The notes under the pieces are model-generated. The model ran no database searches and was not told the origin of the DNA. It was given only the letters and a program-made list of their open reading frames with translations. DNA of 64,000 nt, from positions 62,001-126,000 of IMG/VR virus record IMGVR_UViG_3300024239_000015. One strand, given 5' to 3'. This document shows positions 18,074 to 28,900 of the stretch, piece by piece. The stretch's first letter is position 1; each line of letters opens with the position of its first letter. A program made the translations under genes and the position numbers.

Positions 18074-19501
18074 TTACTCCAAGGTCGCAGTAAACATACC
18101 TGCTACAAACGCACAGACTTTCGCTACTAACGCACGGTAAGCGTTTTTACGGACGTCATCGTCTGGGTACTTTTCAGCAAAGGCGTCGATTGCACGGATA
18201 AACTCCAGTGCATCACTCCCATTGTAAAGTGTGTGACAGACGATTTGCTGTACGGCAAAGTAAGGACGTTTGATCAAGTCGTAGTCGCTGAACATCGCTA
18301 ACGCTTCATTTAAGTGGCGTAACAAGTTCTCTTCCAGTGACCCTTCACCTACGTTGGCTAATACCACGTCTTGCTCTTGTGCTTCATGACACACACGACG
18401 CATGACGTTGGAGATACTCTCTCGTAAGCGTTGTCCCATTTGGTCTTCTGACTGCGTAATGCGAGTTTTCTCATTCGCTAAGAACGTACGGGTTAACGTC
18501 TCGTTCTGTGCCAGTAACTCATTGCTGTCACGCACTTGAGTAGACAATGCTGACCCGATGATTGCATCTGCACTACCGCCATTGGCTAAGTAGTCTTCGT
18601 AGTGACGTGCGGATACTTCAATCACTAGCTGTCCTTCTGCATTTGCTGCAGCAGGGAAGTTGATCACCACACGGTCTGACTTCGCGTGGATGTCCTGCCG
18701 CTCAATCTCTGCAATGCAGTAGTACGCAGCAGCACTGAACAAATCCACCATCTGGTTGGTGTACTGAGCCATCGTAGACGCTACACCTTCTGCTGGTGTT
18801 TCATCTACTAAGTTACGTGCCATCAAGAACAACACCAACATCTCAGAGACGTTGACTTGGTTTAAGGCTAAACAGTTGACGATGTCACCTGACACGAAGT
18901 ACTTGTTGTACACGGACGTTAAGAAGTCAGCACCCTGTGCAGCTACGTGCTCTAACACCGTGTCGTCTAACACACCAGAGCCTGTGGCGATCAGTGCTTT
19001 GAGTTCGTCCTCACTGCGTGCTGGGAAGTTCTTAAAGCCCATCGCCATGGCTGTGCCTGGCTGGTACGTACGGGTAGCAACAGGACGAATCAGCTCATGT
19101 AGAGTGTCGTTTTGAAACACGTCAGCAGGACAGCACTCCACGATCACGTAAGGAGTCATCGGTACTTCTTTGACGTCAGCACTTACCGCTTCGTACACAG
19201 CGCGAATCTGTGGATTCACGACGTCTTTTGAAAACTTCAACTGGGCTTGTAAGCGTGCTTTGAAGTTTTCGATTTCGTGATTCAGCGTGTCGTCATGGTT
19301 CAGTGCACGTACGTCTTCGCCGTTAGTGACGGACTCGATATACATGCTGTCTTCCATGGCGATCTCTGCTTGTGACACAGGAGCACACGTTTCTAAAATA
19401 GCCGCAAGAGGAGTCTCTGGTAAAACACGGAGTACGATTCCACGTTCTTTCAGTTGCTCGTCGATACGCTGTGCGTTTTGTAATGCAATAGGACTAAGCA
19501 C
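18074..19501 (-). CDS. Virion structural/head protein (phiKZ gp177-like by synteny)
   Basis: Likely GTG start at 19501 with GGAGG RBS; AME site near N-terminus. Confidence 0.55.
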   Translation of the reverse strand: MLSPIALQNAQRIDEQLKERGIVLRVLPETPLAAILETCAPVSQAEIAMEDSMYIESVTNGEDVRALNHDDTLNHEIENFKARLQAQLKFSKDVVNPQIRAVYEAVSADVKEVPMTPYVIVECCPADVFQNDTLHELIRPVATRTYQPGTAMAMGFKNFPARSEDELKALIATGSGVLDDTVLEHVAAQGADFLTSVYNKYFVSGDIVNCLALNQVNVSEMLVLFLMARNLVDETPAEGVASTMAQYTNQMVDLFSAAAYYCIAEIERQDIHAKSDRVVINFPAAANAEGQLVIEVSARHYEDYLANGGSADAIIGSALSTQVRDSNELLAQNETLTRTFLANEKTRITQSEDQMGQRLRESISNVMRRVCHEAQEQDVVLANVGEGSLEENLLRHLNEALAMFSDYDLIKRPYFAVQQIVCHTLYNGSDALEFIRAIDAFAEKYPDDDVRKNAYRALVAKVCAFVAGMFTATLE

Positions 19502-19667
19502 GACGGACCTCCGGTGCAATGTGTTGATTCATACAAACGGCTACGTCATCTGCGACGTCGAGTGCGGTGGCCGAAGCCACCTCCTCTCCGCAGACGCCCA
19601 AAACCAGTTGCTGGGCAAGCTCCAGCGCGTTGGCTAGAATAGCCACATTACTGTATTGTTTATCCAC
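19494..19667 (-). CDS. Small 57-aa protein absent from the ORF track
   Basis: GTG start, GGAG RBS; MDKQYSNVAILANALELAQQLVLGVCGEEVASATALDVADDVAVCMNQHIAPEVRRA; fills the gap. Confidence 0.6.
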   Translation of the reverse strand: MDKQYSNVAILANALELAQQLVLGVCGEEVASATALDVADDVAVCMNQHIAPEVRRA

Positions 19668-19683
19668 TTTTTTCTACTCCAGT

Positions 19684-22600
19684 TTAGCTGCGGTAAGCTT
19701 GAGCGGCTAACTCACCGATATGTTTTAAAAGGGTCGTCAAGGTCCCTTGTAATAAAGCAGACTCTACCATCCGTGCATTCACAGAACGGTAACTAAACTC
19801 TGCTCCTATCAAAGCACCAGACTCTGCCTTACGCTCGGTGTGGTACACCCCGCGTGTCACAGTTTTCATCTGATTACAGAAAACGATCTTATCGCCATCC
19901 GCTGAACCCAACGTAGAATCGATGTACACTTTGATCACGACTTTGTCGAGTTCTAAGTCTTCCACTCGTCCTGTAAGTGCGGCTTTCCCACCCCGTAACC
20001 GAGACTCTTTCGCACGCCGACGGTTTGCAGCGAGTACGATTTCTCGTAAAGACTCTGTCATGTCATCCACGTCCCCGTTGTACAGTACTTCCACACGCCC
20101 TACCTTTCCAGCGTATTTCGCTTTTGGAGCATTGCGTGCTAACGTACCAAGTTTCTCTAACGTTTGTTCGTCAAAGAGTCGAGTCCCTGCCGTAACAGAG
20201 TCTTCGATATAACACAGTACGTCATGAATGTCGAGTTCATCTCCAGGGTTGACGAGGTTCCTCACCCCTTGGGTAAAGTCCACAGAGAGCTCACGCACTT
20301 GTGTGGTGTTGGTTTCTAACTCTCTTGCGACTTCCGCAGAGATCACGTTGGAGTCTTCGTAGGTGGATGGTCCTTCCCACAACACGGTTTGTACCAGAGC
20401 ACCATTCATCCACGTGACTTGTTTTGGATTAAAGAAATCTCGTGTGAAGAACCCAGAGTTCCACATCACGATATCTCCCTCGCCGACGTCACTCCCTACG
20501 GTTAAGTCAGTGACTAAGTCGTGTGGTAGTGTCGTACCAGTCATCACTCCGTACTCACGTCCTAAAGGTACAGTTTCAGTCCCTAAGGCTGGATCGTCGT
20601 ACTGGATGACTAAAGACACAGGCGTGACTTCAGTGACCTTTCCTTTTCCTTTCGCGACCCAAGAGAACAACTCCCCTGTAGAATGAGCTAGGACAGTCTC
20701 GTAACCAGTCCGTACAGGTAACGCCCGATAGCCTTTTGCTGCAATTACGTGGCTCTGCTGTATATTTTGAAATGCGAGACGCGGACTTGCCTCACGATCT
20801 GAGAACGAGGTCGCTAACGCACACGCGCTCAAAATACTCGCTGTGTTCTCAGGATCAAACTCAGTCTTCGTTAACCCGTACAAGTCGTCTAGACGACTGT
20901 TTGGGGATAAGAAGGCGGTGACTCCTACCTCAGCGTTATCCACTGTGGCTTCTGAAACAATCCCTAAGTCCGTCTCGTGGAACTCACGGGTTCTACGCAC
21001 CAGACTACGTGACGTCCGCCCACCTGTACCTGAAAGAGTAATGTTCGATTGCTCTTTCAGGTTTTGGATGACGTTAGACTCCTCTACAATACTCACTGCG
21101 GTGTCGTTTTGTAAAGCCATCCAGACTGCGTTGGGGTTGATCTCCACTTTCGCTTTCGTAGTGTGTGGGTTTGTACGGTATTGCTTGATCCCTTTCACTA
21201 ACTCGTTGTACACCACTGCTGAGATCCGCTCATAGCCTTTCACACGACGATACCGTGCGTCAGATTCGTTTGGATGCTCGTCTGTAGTGAGTAACTCCGC
21301 ACTACGGAAGAGTAATTCAGGAAGCGTGGTAGGCTCTCCTAGGCGTTTTAAAACGTCTAGTGTAATCGGGTCAATAAACCCATCAAACAACGACACCAAC
21401 TCCCTCGTGTACCGTCCGCCTAAGCCCATGTTGTACATAATCGTTTCGTATACTTCTGGAGAGTCATACTCGTGGTAAGAGTACTTCTGCACTTCAGTAC
21501 TGAACCAGTTTAAGCTTGCTAATATAAGCATTGCTTTTGGATCATCAAAACGACTAAACACTAACGTCTGGTCTTTAAAGCGAATCGGAAACTCTTCAGG
21601 CTCTAACTCTAAGCGGGCACCACGAGTCACTACCCGAGGTTTGACTTTGAGGGACTGGATCAGTTGGGTTAAGCCCATACGGTGACCAAGCATAAACGCT
21701 AGAGGTATCTCTTTCCCTAAGTAAGAGACTTCAGCCATGTCAATCGGAGCTTTTGCACGATCTAACCCAAGGATGACTTCTAAGTGCTCCAGAGCTGTAC
21801 CGTCTTTTAACGACACAAAGCCTTGGGTGTCCATTAGTAACAAGTCACCTGTCTTGGTCAACCCACAAGGGAACTGACCGAGCTTCACGTGCTGGTCGTA
21901 CACGTCAGCACCAATCGCTTCTTTGAGTACACTGCTCTTAAAGACAAAGCGGTAGTTTTCGGTAGAGACCTCTTTAAAGGTTTTGCCTAGTGCACTATAG
22001 ACCCGAGGACAGACCTGCAAGTGGTCGAAGCTTTTACCGCGTGTGGTACGTAGTAAACTCGCTTGTTCCTTTTCAGTTACAGCAGAGACTAACCACTGGT
22101 TGTAGTCATACGCTTTCTTACTGCTACGATTCACAAACACTTTAGAGTAGTAACTACTCAACGCAACCCGGTAGGAATTCACTTTACGAATTGGATTGTC
22201 AGACCTTTGAATACGCATCCGGTACGTAGTTGACCCGGCTAAATATTCTCCACGTTCATTAATGATCGGTAATTTAAACCGCCACACCGAAGGGGCTCCG
22301 CCGATTGGGCTCAGTTTCACCGTGTGAATCTCGTACTCGTTGTACGCGTCTTTCACAGGTTCTATTTCATACCCAGTGACGTTTACACCAAAGTTCTGAG
22401 CGGAGAGCACCATCTGCGCAGTCCAGCGCGGGAGGGCGTAGTTGATTGACGTTTTGTGGAAATCTTCCAGTGTGGTTTCTAACATACTTTTGTCAAAGAT
22501 AAACGCACTGTCAGGAATACGTTTCTTCTTAAAGTGGGTCAGACGTTCTGGATCAATTTGCACTAAGTCGGCAAGTGTACCTTCTCCACGAGGGTTAGGA

Positions 22601-23790
22601 ATCTTTTTGTACGATTCACTCAACGCAATGGCACGTTTCTGCTCTGCTAAAGACAGTAACCCTTTCGCTGCTAAACGGTTGACGTGCTCCATGGGTTTAA
22701 CGTCCCACAGCGGTAAACTCTCTTCTGTGTCTTTTGGAGGCTCTACTGGAACCTCCGACGTCACAGTCTGGATACGTAAGGAGTTATCCGCAGGTAGCTC
22801 TGGTGTGTCTTCTGCTTCGTCTACGACTTCCGTAGGCGTTTGTAGTACAACCAGCTCCTCTCCGTTCTCGTCCTGTGTGGTAATGAGCTCTACACGCTCC
22901 CCTTGCGTCTGCAGTAACTGCAATTGCATCACAAAGCGATACAGTTGGATCTGTAACTCTTTAGGAGACGCTAATGCTTTCGGGTTACGTTCTGTAGGGT
23001 CTTTTCTCCAACTCCACAGTGTCCCTAAGTTTAATACCACGTAGCGACCTGAGAGTACAAACAGCAGGTTCACACGACTTAAGGTCGTTTCGTCCAACCC
23101 TTTGAGTAACTCGGAGTTGGACTCTTCTCCTAACCACGCCCAGAGCTCTGCTAAGAACAGCGTAAAGTCATTCGTTAACGGTTCTAACGTACTGCGATTG
23201 ACTGCTTTGCGGAAGTTACGTAACTGAGGTAAGCTTGGTAAAACCTCAGGCAGTTCCATCCGAATAAACTGATGGTGGTCTGGAAGTTTCTCTGCTGTAC
23301 TTTTTATAGTCGCCAGTAACGTATTGTACGTATTCCAGAACTCGTGATACCGTGTTAAAGGTACTACACGGTAGCGGTACATGTGCTGCAGTAACGCGTA
23401 GTTAAACACAGGCAACGCACGTGTGTCACGGGCTGGTACGTCTAACGACAGCAAGCGGCGGATGTTTCTTTCTTTACGCCGATACGCTTGAATCAAGCCA
23501 TCAGGAGACACCAGTTTCTTCACTGGGTTTCCTTCCAGTGTAGAGAGTGTTGCTACATGCTCTACCAGTATAGGACCGTTTCTCTTTTGGAAGAATACGT
23601 CTTTCTCTGTAGGACCTAACTCCAACTCACTGGTAGGGAGGTAATGCACCACGCTTTGGAGTGGGAGTTCGAAACTCTCCAGCGTATGAAACGCAGGTTG
23701 TTTAAATAAGGTATAGGTCCTTACCCCACGTTTGTAATAGAAATTATCAAACGTAAGGGCTTCTAAACCTAATTGAAGGAAATCTGACAT
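19684..23790 (-). CDS. Virion RNA polymerase beta subunit, N-terminal part (phiKZ gp178-like)
   Basis: 1368 aa; beta motifs SGTGGR, HETDLGIVSEATVDN..VG, YEDSNVIS, GDKIVFCNQMK. Confidence 0.9.
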   Translation of the reverse strand: MSDFLQLGLEALTFDNFYYKRGVRTYTLFKQPAFHTLESFELPLQSVVHYLPTSELELGPTEKDVFFQKRNGPILVEHVATLSTLEGNPVKKLVSPDGLIQAYRRKERNIRRLLSLDVPARDTRALPVFNYALLQHMYRYRVVPLTRYHEFWNTYNTLLATIKSTAEKLPDHHQFIRMELPEVLPSLPQLRNFRKAVNRSTLEPLTNDFTLFLAELWAWLGEESNSELLKGLDETTLSRVNLLFVLSGRYVVLNLGTLWSWRKDPTERNPKALASPKELQIQLYRFVMQLQLLQTQGERVELITTQDENGEELVVLQTPTEVVDEAEDTPELPADNSLRIQTVTSEVPVEPPKDTEESLPLWDVKPMEHVNRLAAKGLLSLAEQKRAIALSESYKKIPNPRGEGTLADLVQIDPERLTHFKKKRIPDSAFIFDKSMLETTLEDFHKTSINYALPRWTAQMVLSAQNFGVNVTGYEIEPVKDAYNEYEIHTVKLSPIGGAPSVWRFKLPIINERGEYLAGSTTYRMRIQRSDNPIRKVNSYRVALSSYYSKVFVNRSSKKAYDYNQWLVSAVTEKEQASLLRTTRGKSFDHLQVCPRVYSALGKTFKEVSTENYRFVFKSSVLKEAIGADVYDQHVKLGQFPCGLTKTGDLLLMDTQGFVSLKDGTALEHLEVILGLDRAKAPIDMAEVSYLGKEIPLAFMLGHRMGLTQLIQSLKVKPRVVTRGARLELEPEEFPIRFKDQTLVFSRFDDPKAMLILASLNWFSTEVQKYSYHEYDSPEVYETIMYNMGLGGRYTRELVSLFDGFIDPITLDVLKRLGEPTTLPELLFRSAELLTTDEHPNESDARYRRVKGYERISAVVYNELVKGIKQYRTNPHTTKAKVEINPNAVWMALQNDTAVSIVEESNVIQNLKEQSNITLSGTGGRTSRSLVRRTREFHETDLGIVSEATVDNAEVGVTAFLSPNSRLDDLYGLTKTEFDPENTASILSACALATSFSDREASPRLAFQNIQQSHVIAAKGYRALPVRTGYETVLAHSTGELFSWVAKGKGKVTEVTPVSLVIQYDDPALGTETVPLGREYGVMTGTTLPHDLVTDLTVGSDVGEGDIVMWNSGFFTRDFFNPKQVTWMNGALVQTVLWEGPSTYEDSNVISAEVARELETNTTQVRELSVDFTQGVRNLVNPGDELDIHDVLCYIEDSVTAGTRLFDEQTLEKLGTLARNAPKAKYAGKVGRVEVLYNGDVDDMTESLREIVLAANRRRAKESRLRGGKAALTGRVEDLELDKVVIKVYIDSTLGSADGDKIVFCNQMKTVTRGVYHTERKAESGALIGAEFSYRSVNARMVESALLQGTLTTLLKHIGELAAQAYRS

Positions 23791-23795
23791 TACGT

Positions 23796-23984
23796 TTACC
23801 TTCCTCGTTTCACAGGTTCCCCTGTGAGGTTATGTACAATCAAACTGACGGTGTCTCCGTTTGCGGTAATCCGCATCCGTCCGTCTAAGTCGATATAGTT
23901 GTTGCGTGACGACAACAACTTCTTAATTTCAGCATTCGCTTCATCGGACATCCAAATAGGCGAGCTACACATGTCTCCGTCGTT
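23796..23984 (-). CDS. Virion RNAP beta' subunit (gp180-like), exon 2
   Basis: Begins NDGDMC after the intron omega-G and completes the DxDGD motif. Confidence 0.85.
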   Translation of the reverse strand, partial: NDGDMCSSPIWMSDEANAEIKKLLSSRNNYIDLDGRMRITANGDTVSLIVHNLTGEPVKRGR

Positions 23985-24494
23985 CGTAGTGTTCAGGTGG
24001 GTTCGCGACACCCTCCCCGTCAGAGTGCGTCTCACGGCGCTCTAAGACCGCTGTGAGATTTCCTCACAGACCAGACTATATCAATCCCTCTTCCGCTAGT
24101 GCAAAAGTAGGGTGTTCCCATTTCGGACTCGCTTGAGCCCTACACCTTGCTAAAGGGTTAGTCGTTGAGCACACTTCATGCTTTACCTTTTAGTCAGTAA
24201 AGTTTAGAAGCTTCGCGGCTGGTTGTGCATTGTTTACAGTCCTTAGCGGTGAGTCGTAACTCACGTTTTATTTCAGCATAGACCATCTTGACACTTTTGT
24301 ACACCTTTCGGAACCGTGACGTATGTCCTTTCGAACTCCGCTTTGGTAGCCAAGCTTTAGCAGTTTCCAGCATTAGAGAACTTACACACCACACATTACT
24401 GTATAGTGGGACTTTAGAAACGTTTATGTTTTAACTATTGTGTAAAACACGCACTCCAGTATTAGGAGATTGATTAAAACACACGTTTCTTCAA
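23985..24494 (-). ncRNA. Group I self-splicing intron (IA-like) without homing endonuclease
   Basis: P AATGCTGGAAAC (24363-74), Q AACCAGCCGCGAAG (24211-24), R TCAACGACTA (24159-68), S GATATAGTC (24074-82); P7 GACUA/UAGUC; P3 GUUCUC/GGGAAC; P9 hairpin 24051-69; P1 U.G wobble; terminal G. Confidence 0.88.
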
Positions 24495-25940
24495 ATCTGC
24501 CCCCAAGCGCGGATAGCGCAGAGGGTTAACTTTCAAACTTCCTATCCACGTTTGCGACCCATCTACAACGGGATAACGTGGAGCTATAGTCTCTGTGGGT
24601 TGCCATTCTTCGTTGAGTTGGACTAAACGTAAAGACTCGCTGGTGGTTCTCACGCGTACAAAGGAAGGATATACCGAACCATCGTCGGTGATCGGATATC
24701 GCGTGATTGAACACGTTAATGTATCGATCTTCGGTAGTAAAGAAACGTACAGTAGTTCCCCTAACGTAATGGGGTATACGTGTTCTTTAGAGAACCCTTC
24801 TGGTAACTCACGAATATCAGCAAAGAACTTAAAGACCCGATCTGTGCGATACACTAACCCTAAGTAGTAGTTCTCTACATACACGGGACGGTTGCGCAGC
24901 CGATGGATTTCAAACCGGTTGATGAGTTTCTCTAACCCAGGACGAGTCGTGAAGTCTTCGATGGTTTTAGAGTCGAGTTGCACGAGTTCTTTCTGTAGTG
25001 TTTTCTTGTTGGTTAACCAAACATCCGTTTCCCCACCAAAGATTCTACCCAGCCACCCTGTTTGTAAACAGTGGAGCGTATGTAGTACCGCACCACGGGA
25101 GAACTGCCACAACCCCATCTCTGTGTCATTCACACGAGGGGCATCGGGACTGCCCAATAAAGCAGACGTCAGTGTCATTGGCGTAATGACGTTCCGTGTG
25201 CCATGGAAGGTTTTGCGCGCACCCCACTTCCCTTGCAACCAGCCTCGTTTTCCAGATACCATCCGTTTGATGTACAAATAAATAGCCACAGCAGTTTTCT
25301 GGATGGCAATCCGTGCGTTGTCGTATAAAGGAGAGGTAGACGACTCTTTCGTGTCTTGTAAAGACAGTGTAGCGGCTAAGAGTTTCCGGTAGAGGTCATT
25401 GATTTCATCTTCGGTGGTTTTACCGGGTTTCTCTTCGTGGATGTCTCGTAAGCCAGCGGGAATCACCAAGTGATACCGCATCAACGATTTCGCTTTGTAA
25501 CGCTCTAACACAGCAATACGTTCTTTACGGATGTCAGAACCTTCCGTGTTCCACTGGATTTTCTGCCAGTGTTCCATAAAGAACTGATAGCCTGTTTGTC
25601 CGTTTAAGGGGTCAGAGGCTACAAAGTCTTTACTAGCGTCGTCCCATAAAGCGTAGGCTTTGCCTGCCATCACTTGGGCATAAAACGCACGAAGCTTGAT
25701 AAGCTCCATGTAGATCTCTGGGTGGAACACTGTGGTTTTGAGGTCGATGTAACTTTCTTTTAAGTCTCTCTCCTCAGAGCCTTGGCGTCCAAAGGTGACC
25801 AGTGAGAATAAGCCATCGGGATGGTACTCAGTCCCCGCAGCGTTGTGGGTATCTAACACACGCACAGGACGCATGTATTTCACCGACTCTGGGGTGAGTT
25901 GTTCTATCCCTATATTAAAGGGAAGGGTTTCAAGCCTCAT
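24495..25940 (-). CDS. Virion RNAP beta' subunit (gp180-like), exon 1
   Basis: DGLFS..FG, VIPAGLRD, GKRGWLQ, RNVIT, RYP; ends RLGAD at the splice site. Confidence 0.9.
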
Positions 25941-25969
25941 TCTGTGTTAATCCTCTATAAAAGAAAGAG

Positions 25970-28900
25970 ATGGAGACTGTGATGGTAAAGAAACTGGATA
26001 ACGTCGATGACTTTGACATTGACGACTTTGGGTTTGACGGAGACATGGATGATCCGTTTCGACCCAAGAGTGACCGAGAGATCGTAGCTGCTTTACCGAA
26101 AGATTTCTTAAGTGGTGTGAAGTCGTCTGTCACCGACCCAAGTTTTATGCGTCAGGTGTTACGCAAAGCGTTACCAAGTGGGTACAGTGACGCACTCGAC
26201 GTGGCAGACGACGTGGCGTACGCCGCCCAAGGGACGTACGATCACTTAGACCGTGAGCTTCGTCCAGCGGTCAAAGGATTGAAAGGGGCGCTTAAGCGAG
26301 TAAAAGCGTTAGCGACCCCCGTCCTACCCAAAGGGATAAGTGAGAAACTTGATAAATTACTCGAGTCAGAAGAAGAGTATAAAAGGCAGCAAACGGACTT
26401 TCGTGAAGAAGGAATTACGAAAGGGTTAGCGGAAATCTTTGCAGCGCAGACGAAGATTCAAAACGTCAAAGACCAAGACTCAGCAGACCGTGAAACCGTA
26501 CGGGACTTAGCAGAAGAGCAGCGTGCCAATACACAGCGTCAGCTACTCGCCAAAACAGCAGAAGGGATAGGCCACTTAGTTGGGTATCAAAACTCGATTG
26601 GTGTAAAGTTCCAACAAAAGTCATTAGAGCTACAGTACAGAACGTACTACGCCATCAAAGACTTGTTTGAATTAAACAAAGGCGCCGTCCCAGAGAACGT
26701 CAGTTTACTCCGTGGGATTTTAAAGAACACAGGTTTACCAGAAATCCAAAAGATCACCACCTCTGAGCAGATCAAACAAACCTTACAGGAAGGGTTGTTA
26801 GGCAAAGCGTACGAAGGGTTTGACGAGCACCGTCGGAAGTTCTTTGGTCGGTTCTTACAAAACGTCAGTGGGAAGATCAAAGAGTCAGGCAGCGCATTTG
26901 CGGAAGGGTTACGGGGTGGCAGCGATGCGTTAGAGTCGATCACCGATGGCGCTGAGATGCAAAAGGAGATGGGCGGGAGCTCAGCCAGCACTGCTGCTCA
27001 GATGGGCGGTATGTTTGTCGGTAGTATGTTAGGTAATAAAACCGCCAAAGCAATCAAGAAGATCACGTCTAAGATTCCTGGTGCGGATGAGAAACTGGAC
27101 AAGTACGGAGCGAAGTTAAGTTACTTGGTGTCCAACCGCGAAGGGTTGATGGAGAAGTTTGCACGGAACGACGAACAGCTTACGGAACGCGAGGGGATGC
27201 TCGGTAGCTTTGTGAACTGGGTAGGAGATCTGTTTAAAGACAGTATCCCACGGTATGGTTCTTACCAAGCCTTAGCCAAGACGGACACAGCGCAACTGAA
27301 CCAACCTGCAGTGTTTGATAACTTAGTCCGTAGCAGTATCGTCGAAGTTATCCCGACTTACTTAGCGAAGATCCTGCAATCGTTAGAAACATTCCGTACC
27401 GGACAGCCAGTGGATGAATTGCGTTACAATCACCAAACTGCAGAGTTTGTCTCGCGTCGTGACTTAACCGCAAAGATCCGTGAGCGTGCAATTACTGAGA
27501 CACAGTTAGGGACGTTGGATCGCCGTACCAACTCTCTGCTGGATGCTCTAGACCCAGAGAAACAACTGACAGAGAAAGAGCGGAAGAAAGTCCAAGCAGA
27601 ACTCGTGCGTCAAGCGCAGAGTAACAAACTGTTTGATCCAGAGACTTTAAGTGACTCGTGGAGACTGGAAGGCTCTTTAGGGAAAAAGACTGCAGAGAAA
27701 TTTAGTGGGTTGGTGGAGTCTAAGTTCAAACGGACGATCGATGGGAAGATTGATTACGACGACAAAGCCACACGGGATCTGTTAGTCAGTGCAAGTCGTT
27801 TGTACAACGAGTTATTGCAGTCTCTACCTGGGGATTTCAAGAACACTCAGATCTACGCAAACACCGGACTTAGAGACTTAGTGCGTGACACTGGGTTGAT
27901 TAAACGCAACGGAGACGATGAGTCTTACGACTTAAATGCGGTGACTGATCAATTCACTCAGTTTATCTCCGGGTCTCCTCGTGCGGTACCTCCCACTAGC
28001 GCTCCAATTACACCCAGTGTCGCTGCTGTACGTCAAGCACAGCAAGCGCAAACTCAACCGTTCTTTACACGCAACCCAGAGCCTATCTACGGCGCTACTA
28101 CACCCACCCAACCCTACCAGAACGCTTTTAGCGATAACGCTGTACAGCAGATCGTAGACGCGATAGAAGAGTCTTCTACTCGCGACTTACAAGTCTCTCA
28201 AACAGAGTCGTTAAAACAGATCGTGGAGTTGATCCAAGGCTTACCAGAACGCATGACGGTACTGACCGGAAATGTAACGGGTGGAGAGTCTGGTCCACAG
28301 ATGTCGAATCTGGAAAGAAACATCCGTGGTGGTTTGAAAGGTACTGCGAAAGGGTTATGGGGAGCCACTAAAGGGCTGTATAACTTTGGTGCTGGACTTC
28401 GGAACAAACTCTTTAAAGGAGCATGGTTCACTGGAAAATTTGGATGGAATCTCTTAACCAAAAAGGATAAAGAGAAAGACCAGCCGGATGACGTGTACGT
28501 ACCGGGGATGAAAGAGCCGATCTTACAGAAATGGAAGATGGCGCTAGGTTGGTACAAGGATGCCGAGACAGGAGAACCAATCTATTCGTTAAAAGACATC
28601 AAAGGTGTTGTACTCGATCGGTTTGATAAAGTAGTGTTATCTGCCGAAGACGCGAAGAACGCGTTCACGTCCGAAGGGAAGAGTTTACTGGATCGTGCAG
28701 TAAATCTTGCCAGAGGTCTGATTACAGGTCCTGGAGCTACGTTTGTAAAAACGATGTTCAAAAGCGTCACTAAACCTACTGAGTGGTTAAAGAACGGTCT
28801 GAAGTCAGCGTGGGCGTTTTACCACGCACACCAAGACATCTGTGTCAAAGGGGAAGAACCTACCGTGCGTCTTTACGCGAACTTAATGCGTAAAGGGTAC

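Noticed and set aside
23985-24035. ORF-track start (GTG 24035) of an independent 79-aa gene
   Set aside because: The first 17 codons are intron 3' structure; the rest is exon 2 of beta'
24194-24394. 66-aa ORF inside the intron as a homing endonuclease
   Set aside because: Overlaps ribozyme P and Q elements, has no HNH/GIY-YIG/LAGLIDADG motif and is too short
24474-24494. beta' as a truncated pseudogene or sequencing frameshift
   Set aside because: A complete group I intron core explains the break and restores DxDGD
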